Source of the DNA: Nitrospirota bacterium
Lineage (GTDB): Bacteria; Nitrospirota; UBA9217
Direction of reading: 5' to 3'
NCBI GenBank assembly: GCA_043731355.1
Contig: JAYTJE010000024.1
Location: 421-64,420 of the forward strand
Length of the DNA stretch: 64,000 nucleotides
Part shown: piece by piece, positions 31,978 to 40,964 of the stretch
Layout: each line of letters opens with the position of its first letter
Numbering within the stretch: the first letter of the stretch is position 1
Notes under the pieces: generated by a model
What the model saw: only the letters and a program-made list of their open reading frames with translations
Database searches by the model: none
Told to the model about the DNA's origin: nothing
Translations under genes and position numbers: made by a program

Positions 31978-33726
31978 TCACCCGCCCACGATCGTAATAT
32001 CGCCCGCTTCACATGCCCGGAGAAAAGCATCCACGATCTCCGGATCATACCACGCGCCGGAGCAGCGCCGGATCTCCCCAGTTGCGGATTTCCAGTCCGC
32101 GGCCTTGCGATAGGGGCGGTCGGTCGTGATGGCATCAAAGGTATCGGCGATCGCAATGATCCGCGCATGGATTGGAATAGTTGCTCCTTTGAGGCCGTCG
32201 GGGTAGCCGCTGCCGTCCCATTTTTCGTGATGGGCGCGCAGGACCTTACTGACATCTTTCATCTGTTTAATATGAACGAGGATGTCCTCGCCCACCAGTG
32301 GATGCTCGCGCATGTGGCAGATTTCCTCGTGAGTGAGCCCGCCCTCTTTGAGCAGCACACTGTCCCTGATTCCGATCTTCCCAATATCGTGCAGCACCGC
32401 CGCCAGGCGGAGCGCCTCCACGTCGTTCAGCGACAGAGACATATGCCGCGCGATCGCCGCGCTGTACTCAACCACCCGCTTGATATGGCCGCCCGTATAC
32501 GGGTCCTTTTTCTCTACCGCGGCCGCGAGCGCCTCGGCCGTGTTAATGAACGTTTCCTTGAGTTCGGCATAGAGATGCGCGTTCTCGAGCGCAACCGCCA
32601 CCTGATTCGCCAGGGTCCAGCAGACTTCGAGGTCGTCTTCGGTAAAAAGCGCACCGTCCTTCTTATTCACGGCCTGGAGTACGCCGATCACGCCTCCCCG
32701 GGAGCGCACGGGCACACAGACCATGTTCCGGGTTATGAAATCCGTGATCGTCTGGGCGCGCCGGAAGTACCGGGGATCATTCTGCACATCATTGATCAGC
32801 GCGGGCTGGTCGTTCGCCGCTACCCAGCCGGCAATGCCCTCGCCCATTTTGAGCCGCATCTGTTTGACCTGCAGCTCCTTTTCACCGAGCGCCACTTCGA
32901 AATAGAGGTCCTTGGTCCGCTCGTCCACGAGCAAAAGCGAGCCCACTTCGGCGCCCAGCAGACTGGTCACCGCCTCGATGGCGCGCTGGCGCACCTCCCG
33001 CTGGTTCAGCGTGGAGTTCAGGACCATGGCAAGCTCCAGCTGCGTTGCCCGGCGCTGCGCCTCCAACCTGCTGCCGGACAGGAGGACCGTGTACGCTACG
33101 TCCAGAGCGAGCTGCCCGGCAAGCGTATCGAGCATTTCCTTGTCTTCCCTGCCAAAGGGCTTGCCGATCGTTTTGTTAATGAGCTCAACCACGCCGATCA
33201 CGCCGCCCGAGGTCGTAAGCGGCGACGCAAGGATATTGCGGGTGGGAAACCGCATCTCCGCGCTGATCTTGCTGCTCCACTTCGTGTCCCTGGCCACATC
33301 GGAGCTCAGATACGTTTTGCCAGTCTTGAACACCCATCCGGCGATGCCTTCGTCAAGCGCCATGCGCCTGCCGATGAGTTTCTGAGCGCCCGGGCCGGCG
33401 CTGGCCCGAAACACCAGGTCCTCGCCGTCATGCATAAGAATGGACCCGGCCGCGGTGTTGGTAAGTTTGAGAATCACGGTGAGATAATTGGAGAGCAGGG
33501 TGTCCAGTTCATCAGGACCGATGTTCTTGCTGGTGAGCAACTCCTGCTTGACCTTCTGAAGCAGGACCATCTTTTTGAGCGCGCTCAGTTCGGCGCGGAG
33601 AGCCGTCTGGTTTTTCCTGGAAACCGATTTTTTCACAACAACCGGTTTCCTTGCCGCCGGCACGATGCGGCGGGACAGGCTCCCCGCCCTCCGGACCTTG
33701 CTGACCGCCTTGCTTTTTTTAGTCGC
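31978..33726 (-). CDS. GAF-GAF-HD-GYP domain phosphodiesterase
   Basis: Two GAF-like regions; HD motif AAVLHDIGK and GYP motif WDGSGYPDGL. Confidence 0.8.
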   Translation of the reverse strand, partial: ATKKSKAVSKVRRAGSLSRRIVPAARKPVVVKKSVSRKNQTALRAELSALKKMVLLQKVKQELLTSKNIGPDELDTLLSNYLTVILKLTNTAAGSILMHDGEDLVFRASAGPGAQKLIGRRMALDEGIAGWVFKTGKTYLSSDVARDTKWSSKISAEMRFPTRNILASPLTTSGGVIGVVELINKTIGKPFGREDKEMLDTLAGQLALDVAYTVLLSGSRLEAQRRATQLELAMVLNSTLNQREVRQRAIEAVTSLLGAEVGSLLLVDERTKDLYFEVALGEKELQVKQMRLKMGEGIAGWVAANDQPALINDVQNDPRYFRRAQTITDFITRNMVCVPVRSRGGVIGVLQAVNKKDGALFTEDDLEVCWTLANQVAVALENAHLYAELKETFINTAEALAAAVEKKDPYTGGHIKRVVEYSAAIARHMSLSLNDVEALRLAAVLHDIGKIGIRDSVLLKEGGLTHEEICHMREHPLVGEDILVHIKQMKDVSKVLRAHHEKWDGSGYPDGLKGATIPIHARIIAIADTFDAITTDRPYRKAADWKSATGEIRRCSGAWYDPEIVDAFLRACEAGDITIVGG

Positions 33727-34549
33727 CATGTCCCGCCAGTACCCCCTGTTTAAGCGCCTTGACGAAGGCCGCGGACTTTTCGACAAGGTCTGGAAAACCG
33801 CCGTTCTCTTCGATCACCTTCACCAGAGCGCTGCCCACGATAACACCGTCGGCGCCCCACCGGGCAACCTGCGCTGCCTGGTCCGGCGTTGAAATGCCGA
33901 ACCCGACAGCCACGGGTTTGTCCGTCATGGATTTGATCCTCGTGAGTGACTCCTGGATCGACTGCTGAAGCCCGGTCCTCGCCCCGGTCACACCGGTCAG
34001 AGAGACATAGTAGACGAATCCCTGAGACAGCTTCGTCACTAATTTTATGCGTTCGTCCGTGCTCGTTGGCGCGAGCAGGAAGATCATATCCAGTCCGGCC
34101 TTCTTCGCCAGCGGGGCAAGGGTCCCTGCTTCTTCAGGCGGCAGATCGGGAAGAATGATCCCGTCCAGACCCGCGGCGACCGCGTCGAGAACAAAGCGTT
34201 CCTCGCCGTAATGAAAAATCAGGTTGTAGTAGGTCATGAGAATGAGCGGTATCCTGCTCACGGTACGCACATCCGTCACCAGCGACAGGACGTCGGCGAT
34301 GCTCGTACCATGCTTGAGCGACCTGATGGCCGCCTTCTGGATCGTCGGCCCGTCGGCCAGAGGGTCGGAAAAAGGAGCGCCGAGCTCGATGATGTCCGCG
34401 CCTGCCTTTTCGAGAGCAAGGACAAGCTGCTTTGTTGCGGCCATATCCGGGTCCCCTGCCATGAGGTAGGGAATGAGGGCAGTTTCGTTCTTTTTCGTGA
34501 GTCGGTTGAACGTGTTTTTTATTCTCGACATAATTTTCCTAAATGACAC
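33719..34549 (-). CDS. trpA: Tryptophan synthase alpha chain
   Basis: TrpA signature LIPYLMAGDP...ELGAPFSDPLADGP. Confidence 0.95.
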   Translation of the reverse strand: MSFRKIMSRIKNTFNRLTKKNETALIPYLMAGDPDMAATKQLVLALEKAGADIIELGAPFSDPLADGPTIQKAAIRSLKHGTSIADVLSLVTDVRTVSRIPLILMTYYNLIFHYGEERFVLDAVAAGLDGIILPDLPPEEAGTLAPLAKKAGLDMIFLLAPTSTDERIKLVTKLSQGFVYYVSLTGVTGARTGLQQSIQESLTRIKSMTDKPVAVGFGISTPDQAAQVARWGADGVIVGSALVKVIEENGGFPDLVEKSAAFVKALKQGVLAGHGD

Positions 34550-34646
34550 TTACCGTTTATAGATTTCTTTCCGATCCGTTCCTTGTTATCAGCATCAAGC
34601 TTCTGAATGTCTTTTACCGCTCTCCTCGTATAGACAAGCTCATACT

Positions 34647-34868
34647 TCATTTACCGAAGACCTCTTTATGGGTCTTCACTCGTCCTGCCTTGTAATCAGC
34701 TCTCGATTCCTTGATACCAACCAGATACTCGGGCGAGGTAGCGGCGAGCAGGTCTTCAAGAAAGACATCCCGCTCTTTCTTTTTCATATCTTTCACAGCT
34801 TTTATTATCTCTTCCTGGGAAACTGTTACTTTGACAGCGCTTAACATTTGGCGCCTCCCTGCGACCAC
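34647..34868 (-). CDS. Small antitoxin-like protein (C-terminus resembles Phd/antitoxin tails), orphan
   Basis: 73-aa ORF; weak family resemblance only. Confidence 0.3.
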   Translation of the reverse strand: MVAGRRQMLSAVKVTVSQEEIIKAVKDMKKKERDVFLEDLLAATSPEYLVGIKESRADYKAGRVKTHKEVFGK

Positions 34869-34876
34869 CGCGTAAC

Positions 34877-35722
34877 CTACCGTACTATCTTATACACTGC
34901 CGTTGCTTCTGTCCAGTCCGTAGGTTCAAGCTGGTTCAGTTTCTTGACCAGGTCGCTGATCATGCCTGTTGACTTCGCATCGTACACCTTGAACATCCCT
35001 TCCTGGAATCCCAGCGGCACGATCGCTTCTTCTTTCCTCGTTGCAATGACTTTTATTCGTTCCTCAGCCACCGTCCCCTTAAAGCTGGGAAGAAACATCG
35101 CCTGCAAACGCACCGGGCTGTTAGCTGGCGGAAATTCGTAGGCTTTCGAAAGCAGCAGCCGGTTGTCCCTGTTCGTCGAGTTCGGCAAGAGCAGCGTCAC
35201 CGAACCGTCAGCCGCGATGGAGAAAATATAAACATAACAGTCGCTGTTCGACTGATAGATGATCGTTGTTTCCTCGCCCTCTTTAAGCACGGATTTTGAG
35301 AGGGCAAGCTTCAGTGACAGGCCCTGGCCCTTCTCCGGGTACACCGGATCGATGAGCGCCCTTATCTTCACCCGGTAGAGATTGCGGTCCTTCTCATCCC
35401 AGCCCTCGGACAGGACGTCCATCTTCTCGATCTTCCCGCGCACCGCCGCATAGACGAGATCGTCGGCAACCTGGAAGTTCGAGACAAGGGTGTGCGACTT
35501 GATGAATGCGCCCACCGCCTGTTCGACCGCCCTGCTCTGGGCATCGCGCTTTGCCCGGTCTTTGACTTCTTTCAGCGTATCATTATCGCTCTGCGATGCC
35601 TCGCCCGTGGCCTCGACCCAAAGCGGCCTGTCCGCGCCGGAGGACAGCAGGGGGATGGCGAGAAATGCAAATATTAAGCAAGCTCTTTTCAAGAATCCCC
35701 CCCTAATCTTTTCCCGGCCCAA
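34877..35722 (-). CDS. Secreted LPP20-like/DUF4384-like protein (family usually paired with peptidase C14 domains)
   Basis: Signal peptide; N-terminal LPP20-like region; C-terminal DUF4384-like region; adjacent to caspase gene with 20-nt overlap. Confidence 0.5.
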   Translation of the reverse strand: MGREKIRGGFLKRACLIFAFLAIPLLSSGADRPLWVEATGEASQSDNDTLKEVKDRAKRDAQSRAVEQAVGAFIKSHTLVSNFQVADDLVYAAVRGKIEKMDVLSEGWDEKDRNLYRVKIRALIDPVYPEKGQGLSLKLALSKSVLKEGEETTIIYQSNSDCYVYIFSIAADGSVTLLLPNSTNRDNRLLLSKAYEFPPANSPVRLQAMFLPSFKGTVAEERIKVIATRKEEAIVPLGFQEGMFKVYDAKSTGMISDLVKKLNQLEPTDWTEATAVYKIVR

Positions 35723-37001
35723 TCAACTGCGGCGTCTGTTCATTGTTGTACTGTTTCCGCGCAATGCGCTCCACCTGGGGCTTCATGTAGCTGTAGATGT
35801 CCTTCACTTTGAGAGAGCCATCAGGCCGCACCACGTCCTCGTTCTTGATGCTCTTCAGGAAAAAGTACGTAAACAATCCATGCCCTTTTTCTTCATAGGT
35901 TGAGCTTATCTGGTCGCCTGATGCTGCGGAAAGGACTGCTATCTTTTGAGGTATTTGCAAACTCTCCATCTGCATTACCAAGGGTCTTGCACCCTTTGCA
36001 AGGACACTCCTGCCGCCCGCGCCTGAAAAGCAGGAATCAAGCGCAACGATGATTTCCTTTGCCTGAAGTTTTCCAAGATTTTCATAGAGCCGCTTTAAAG
36101 AATATCCTGTCTGGTCAATAAATGATGGGTCGCCGTCATAGGGAACAAGGTAGGCATCACCTGTTTTTGGATTCGGCGCGCCGTGTCCTGAATAGTAGAT
36201 AAAAACGGAACTATCTTTTTCGACATTATTCCAGAGCCACTTTTCAAAGTATTTTGCGAAATCTACATTAGTCGCATGCTCATTCAAAAGCGTAACTACA
36301 TTTTCCTCAGGATAGCCCATTACCTTTGTGAGATATTCTGTCATTGTCTGAGCGTCCTGTGTTGCATAATCGGCCTTTGGAAGTTTCTGGCGGTAGTTCT
36401 CTATGCCGATGACTATGGCGAAGGAGTTCTTATTGGGCTTTGCTTTGATTGAAGGGAGCTCATCAACGTCGGATTTGATAGCCGATTTTTCCTCAAAAAC
36501 AGAAGCAATCGGTTTTTTATCCTTTGCATAAAGGTTCTTATATTGCATTTCTTCCGCTTCTCTAAGTATGCGCACGATAACCGTTTGACCTTCTTTTTCT
36601 GCAAGTTGCAATGCCGTTCCCTTGGGGCTGCTTTGTGTGAGGTCAGCTCCCCGTTCAAGCAGGAGTTTCACGACATTTGCATTGCCATTACCAACCGCCA
36701 AATGTATAGGTTTCCAATTGTCCATACCCAAATTGGGATCAGCGCCTTTATCAAGCAAGAGGCGTACTATATCTAAAGAGGCGCAGCACTTATAGAGCAC
36801 CGCCTCATATAAAGGCGTTACACCAAACAGTCCTCGTTCATTCACATCAACGCCTTTATTTAATAGGGCTTCCACCTCTTTAATATCTCCTCCATGTGCT
36901 GCTGTTCCAAGTTGTGTTATTGTTGCACACCCTGTCATCGTCATGCTCAAAACCAGGATAAAGATTACACCGATTAAAAAAACTAAATTATGCCTTTTCA
37001 T
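35703..37001 (-). CDS. Lipoprotein with ankyrin repeats and a C-terminal caspase-like (peptidase C14) domain
   Basis: Lipobox MTGCAT; ~3 ankyrin repeats; catalytic dyad motifs YYSGHGA and DSCFSGAG. Confidence 0.8.
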   Translation of the reverse strand: MKRHNLVFLIGVIFILVLSMTMTGCATITQLGTAAHGGDIKEVEALLNKGVDVNERGLFGVTPLYEAVLYKCCASLDIVRLLLDKGADPNLGMDNWKPIHLAVGNGNANVVKLLLERGADLTQSSPKGTALQLAEKEGQTVIVRILREAEEMQYKNLYAKDKKPIASVFEEKSAIKSDVDELPSIKAKPNKNSFAIVIGIENYRQKLPKADYATQDAQTMTEYLTKVMGYPEENVVTLLNEHATNVDFAKYFEKWLWNNVEKDSSVFIYYSGHGAPNPKTGDAYLVPYDGDPSFIDQTGYSLKRLYENLGKLQAKEIIVALDSCFSGAGGRSVLAKGARPLVMQMESLQIPQKIAVLSAASGDQISSTYEEKGHGLFTYFFLKSIKNEDVVRPDGSLKVKDIYSYMKPQVERIARKQYNNEQTPQLIGPGKD

Positions 37002-37029
37002 CCCCCGCCTCCTACTCTCAAACTTAAAA

Positions 37030-37244
37030 TTATTTATATACGTTCCCTCTGAAATCCACTACATCAACGAAGATTGATTTGGACTCGATACGCGGCTTGA
37101 GGATAATTCTGATTTGCCTTTCCGGATGCGATAATAACCTGCCCAGTCGCCTTTTAATTTCTTAACGTCTATATTAATATTTGAGCCTGTTATCTTAAGA
37201 ATAAAATTTTTGATGGACCTCTCTGACTTTTTCTCTAACCCCAT
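37030..37244 (-). pseudogene. RelE/ParE-family toxin gene disrupted by a frameshift (KGDWAGYYRIRKGK then, in another frame, RIILKPRIESKSIFVDVVDFRGNVYK)
   Basis: Characteristic RelE C-terminal pattern recovered only by switching frame after codon ~46. Confidence 0.5.
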
Positions 37245-37292
37245 GTTCCTCTATAAAATCATCAGCTCTTTTTGAATATTCTACATTCCAGT

Positions 37293-37484
37293 TCATATGT
37301 TTATTGTTTCTGAATGAGCTGATCGTTTTTCCGGCTTTCCATAGTGGACTATAATCTCCCGCATTTCCTTATCAGAAACCTCCGGAAAAAACATAAGCCG
37401 CACTTTTGCTAATTCCTCTTCCAATGCCTCTTTCACCGATTCTTTTATAATAGTTTTTAGCTCCTCATGTCTTACAGTTTGCAT
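37293..37484 (-). CDS. Putative antitoxin (addiction-module component) upstream of the frameshifted RelE
   Basis: 63-aa acidic helical ORF immediately 5' of the toxin remnant. Confidence 0.35.
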   Translation of the reverse strand: MQTVRHEELKTIIKESVKEALEEELAKVRLMFFPEVSDKEMREIIVHYGKPEKRSAHSETINI

Positions 37485-37573
37485 ATCGAGAAACCTCCTT
37501 TCTGCTCCTTCCTATTTCTAAAAGAGCTAAGCCTATTTTATCACAACCAACTGCGGTCTATCTCTCAAATCAC

Positions 37574-39067
37574 CTATCTTTTCTTTCCCCCGAACAACTG
37601 CGGCGTCTGCTCGTTGTTGTACTGCTTCCTGGCAATGCGCTCCACTTGAGGCTTTACATAGCTGTACAGGTCATCGAGCTTGAGTGAGCCATCAGGCCTC
37701 GTTACATCCTCGTTCTTGATGCCCTTCAGCATGAAATACGTGAATAGCCCGTGCCCTTTTTCGTCATAGGTTGAACTGATCTGGTCGCCAGATGAAGCGG
37801 ACAGGACAGTCATATTGATGGGAAGGACAGCGCTGGCATTAAGATTCATTACGAGCGGCCGAGCACCCTTGGCAAGTACAGATCTGCCACCGGCGCCGGA
37901 AAAGCAGGAATCGAGCGCAACGATCACTTCCTTTGCAGGAAGCTTACTTAATGCAGAATACATTCTCTTCAAAGAGTACCCTGTTTCGTCAATAAAGGAC
38001 GGGTCGCCGTCATAAGGCACCAGATAGGCATCCGAGGTCTTGGGATTCGGCGCACCATGGCCGGAATAGTAGACAAAAACTGTACTGTCCTTCTCCACAT
38101 TGTTCGGAAGCCACTTTTCGAAATATTTTACCAAATCGACATTTGACGCATGATCATTCAAGAGTGTAATAACATTCTCTTCCGGATAACCAAGAGCCTT
38201 TGTGAGATAATCCGCTACCAGCTCCGCATCCTGCGTGGCAAAATCTGCTTTCGGAAGCTTCTGGCGGTATTGCTCAATGCCAATTACAATGGCGTAAGAG
38301 TTTTTGTTGTGCTTGACTTTTACCGCGGGGAGTTCGTCAACATCCGATTTGATGGCGGGAGATACTTCTGAAGCAAGGGTTTCAGGCTTGCCTTTAGCAG
38401 AAGCATAGGCGTGTATCTCACTGGAAGAAACCATAAGCTTGACACTCTCTTGTAAAGCAGAAACCATTGCTTTCGCCGCTGCATCCTCAACGCTTCCCTC
38501 GCTACCAGCCGATCCACCAGCCCAATTGAATGTTTTCCCGGCTATCTTAGGCGAACTTACAGTTTTTTCCCATAGCAGTATTCCTTGCTTATCGATAATA
38601 GTATATTTAAGCGAGACGCTCGCCAGTGCTTTAGCAGGCGCATTAAAAGGATTTAAAGAACGAGCTTTTACAAACTCGTAATAGAATTCTCCAATTTCCG
38701 GAGTAATAATAATATCAATGCCTTCTATATCCGGGTTCCCTTTCACTATTGTTACATTGTTAAAAGCATGCAAAAATATAGATGAAGCTCCTTTTTTAAA
38801 CAACTGCCCAAGAGGAAAAGTTCCTGTAAACCCCCAGCCCATCTGTGTTGCAGGCTTCCCGGTAAACGTGATATTTTCGATATTATCCGGCATTAGTAAT
38901 GCTGCATTCAGAGGAATCTTTTGCATAATCATAGGGGGCGGAACAGTAAAGTCAGATGGCACTTTGGCGATATAAGTTGCGCACCCTGTCATCGCCATGC
39001 CCACAAGCAGGATAAAGATTACGCTGATTAAAGAAATTACAGCCTTTGAACCACTCAATCTTTTCAT
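37574..39067 (-). CDS. Lipoprotein with unknown ~220-aa N-terminal domain and C-terminal caspase-like (peptidase C14) domain; paralog of 35703-37001
   Basis: Lipobox MTGCAT; caspase domain nearly identical to the ankyrin paralog (YYSGHGAPNPKT, ALDSCFSGAGGRSVLAKGARPLVM); ATG at 39067 preceded by GGAGG. Confidence 0.8.
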   Translation of the reverse strand: MKRLSGSKAVISLISVIFILLVGMAMTGCATYIAKVPSDFTVPPPMIMQKIPLNAALLMPDNIENITFTGKPATQMGWGFTGTFPLGQLFKKGASSIFLHAFNNVTIVKGNPDIEGIDIIITPEIGEFYYEFVKARSLNPFNAPAKALASVSLKYTIIDKQGILLWEKTVSSPKIAGKTFNWAGGSAGSEGSVEDAAAKAMVSALQESVKLMVSSSEIHAYASAKGKPETLASEVSPAIKSDVDELPAVKVKHNKNSYAIVIGIEQYRQKLPKADFATQDAELVADYLTKALGYPEENVITLLNDHASNVDLVKYFEKWLPNNVEKDSTVFVYYSGHGAPNPKTSDAYLVPYDGDPSFIDETGYSLKRMYSALSKLPAKEVIVALDSCFSGAGGRSVLAKGARPLVMNLNASAVLPINMTVLSASSGDQISSTYDEKGHGLFTYFMLKGIKNEDVTRPDGSLKLDDLYSYVKPQVERIARKQYNNEQTPQLFGGKKR

Positions 39068-39102
39068 AACCCACACCTCCTAATGTCGAAGCCTTTGAAC
39101 AT

Positions 39103-39245
39103 GCACCCTCAGGGTCAGGTCTTGAATCTTGACATTCCCTGGCGGGCGGTAATTTCACCGTTTAAAATGCGTAGACTTGCCGGTTCAAGCTTGCAGCTTG
39201 GACCACATCGTCACTATTTCGGTTCAATCTTCAAGATTGAACCAG
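39103..39245. repeat. ~140-bp island repeat, copy A (ends in perfect hairpin GGTTCAATCTT-c-AAGATTGAACC), upstream of caspase paralog 2
   Basis: ~85% identical to copy B at 40355-40495. Confidence 0.8.
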
Positions 39246-39258
39246 CGAAGCCGGCGGG

Positions 39259-39513
39259 CTATCTCGCTTTCGCCCGTCCACCAGTATGACTGGTAAGTCG
39301 TTGAGTCGAACGGGTTAAATCGAGCAACGACCTCAAGGCCTTGTTCACCGACTCTGAATTACCGAAGGCCTTGGCGACATCCGACTCCAAAACGACTACA
39401 TTCGCGCCTTTTTCAACTAACCGTTTATGATACTTTCCGCGAACGGCTTTCGAATAGTCGAAATCATATTCGGGACACAATTCATCTTTGAGCTTTTGAG
39501 TTTTAGCTTTCAT
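39259..39513 (-). CDS. BrnA-like (DUF4415) antitoxin-family protein
   Basis: EYDFDYSKAVRGKY and C-terminal ...ESVNKALRSLL pattern. Confidence 0.5.
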   Translation of the reverse strand: MKAKTQKLKDELCPEYDFDYSKAVRGKYHKRLVEKGANVVVLESDVAKAFGNSESVNKALRSLLDLTRSTQRLTSHTGGRAKAR

Positions 39514-39743
39514 GCGGCAAATACCTCTTCATGGGCCAGTCGTTTTGCGGCATACAGAAGCGAGGCCTTAATATCGTCGTTTGTAAGAAAAGGATAATCT
39601 TTTTTGAGTGATTCGGCAGTTGCGCCAAAGGCGATTTTTTCGACGATGAGCTCGACCGTCAACCTCGTCCCCTTGATGACAGGCTTGCCGAGCATAATTT
39701 TCGGATCTATAACAATCCGCCTGAGAAGGGTCTCTTCATTCAT
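39510..39743 (-). CDS. DUF433-family protein (antitoxin-like partner of DUF5615)
   Basis: LGKPVIKGTRLTV core motif. Confidence 0.6.
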   Translation of the reverse strand: MNEETLLRRIVIDPKIMLGKPVIKGTRLTVELIVEKIAFGATAESLKKDYPFLTNDDIKASLLYAAKRLAHEEVFAA

Positions 39744-40114
39744 TGCATATCCTCCATCATGGGCATTATTCTGAGTTTTTTTAGCGTTATCACGGTGAAA
39801 TGATTTTGCAGTTTGTCGTAATGCTTTTCAAGAACCTTCTCCATCAATTTAACTTTGTCATCGGAGTTTTGACCCTTCACCCGAAAAAGAATTATTCCGA
39901 CGGACAGCTTTTTTTGTAAGAACGTCAATTCGCCAAAATCCTTGTCATTGGTGATAAGAATTCGTTTTTCTTTCCGTGCAAGTGCCAAGAGATCTTTGTC
40001 GGGAATTTCGCAGTTATAATCGGGAATCCATTTTACATCATATCCACACCCGGCAAGAAAGTCCACGACCGGCTTTTCCATGTTCACGTCCGCCAGGAAT
40101 TTAATTCCGGTCAT
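39740..40114 (-). CDS. DUF5615 / Mut7-C PIN-like nuclease-family protein
   Basis: KFLADVN...GYDV and ILITNDKDFGEL motifs; ATGA overlap with the DUF433 gene. Confidence 0.55.
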   Translation of the reverse strand: MTGIKFLADVNMEKPVVDFLAGCGYDVKWIPDYNCEIPDKDLLALARKEKRILITNDKDFGELTFLQKKLSVGIILFRVKGQNSDDKVKLMEKVLEKHYDKLQNHFTVITLKKLRIMPMMEDMQ

Positions 40115-40283
40115 TGGGTTCCATCTCCCGAGGTTCTGCATCCATCATTTCGCAGAACGCTTTGCGCAAAAGGTTCCCCAGGTAAAGCCATTCAAGCCGC
40201 TTCTCCATCGGCATATCCTGATAGCGCTTTAGTTGCCCTTCAGTCAGCGAATAATCGTTGTAGCGTTTTACCGGTCTCATCAT
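40101..40283 (-). CDS. Hypothetical 60-aa protein, first gene of the DUF5615 module, starting 14 nt after the duplicated trpB 3' end
   Basis: ORF only. Confidence 0.25.
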   Translation of the reverse strand: MMRPVKRYNDYSLTEGQLKRYQDMPMEKRLEWLYLGNLLRKAFCEMMDAEPREMEPNDRN

Positions 40284-40289
40284 TCCGCG

Positions 40290-40354
40290 ATCCGCATTAG
40301 TTACAACTCCACACCCTTGATCTTAGCCACCTGCATCACGTCCTTGTCCCCGCG
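40290..40354 (-). repeat. 65-bp duplicate of the trpB 3' end including its stop codon (64/65 identical to 41027-41091)
   Basis: Direct comparison; would encode ...[17 protein letters not shown]. Confidence 0.85.
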
Positions 40355-40495
40355 AACCCCCTCAGGGTCAGGTCTTTAATATTGACATTCCCTGGAGGGT
40401 AACTTCACCTGTTAAAATGTGCAGTTTTGTTGGTTCACGCTTGCAGCTTGAACCACATCGTTAGTATTTCGGTTCAATCTACAAGATTGAACCAA
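40355..40495. repeat. ~140-bp island repeat, copy B (ends in hairpin GGTTCAATCT-aca-AGATTGAACC)
   Basis: Aligned to copy A. Confidence 0.8.
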
Positions 40496-40513
40496 CTAAG
40501 TGCCCAACATGGA

Positions 40514-40735
40514 CTATAACAACCTTACAAATTCTTCCACACTCATCCCCGCTTGTCTGATAATGGCGCGAAGCGTTCCCCTATCAAGCTCCTTGTGATC
40601 AGGAACAACAACCTGAGCAAAGGGATCATTTCTGCGCAGGATAACGTGACTACCCTCCTGACGTTTGAACTGAAAACCGGCCTTCTCCAGAGCTTTGATG
40701 CAGTCACGCCCTGAAAGTCTCGGCAGCTTGCTCAT
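40514..40735 (-). CDS. hicA: HicA-family toxin (mRNA interferase)
   Basis: 73 aa; LSGRDCIKALEKAGF...GSHVIL pattern. Confidence 0.75.
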   Translation of the reverse strand: MSKLPRLSGRDCIKALEKAGFQFKRQEGSHVILRRNDPFAQVVVPDHKELDRGTLRAIIRQAGMSVEEFVRLL

Positions 40736-40938
40736 ACAGCCACCAGAAGAGCATCAAAATGGTCTTCCGGCACAGGAATTTTATCATCCTCCAGTGCTGC
40801 CACATAGCCACTGATCGCTTCTTTAACATTAGCGATCGCTTCTTCTTTGGTCTTGCCTTGGCTGATGCAGCCAGGCAGACTGGGGCACTCAGCAACCCAA
40901 TAACCATCTTCGCCGGGATGTATAACCACCTGTCTCAT
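40732..40938 (-). CDS. hicB: HicB-family antitoxin (UPF0150)
   Basis: YWVAECPSLPGCISQGKTKEEAIANVKEAI pattern; GGAGGG SD before MRQVVIH. Confidence 0.75.
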   Translation of the reverse strand: MRQVVIHPGEDGYWVAECPSLPGCISQGKTKEEAIANVKEAISGYVAALEDDKIPVPEDHFDALLVAV

Positions 40939-40964
40939 ATTTGGCCCTCCACGTGTTATCAAAC

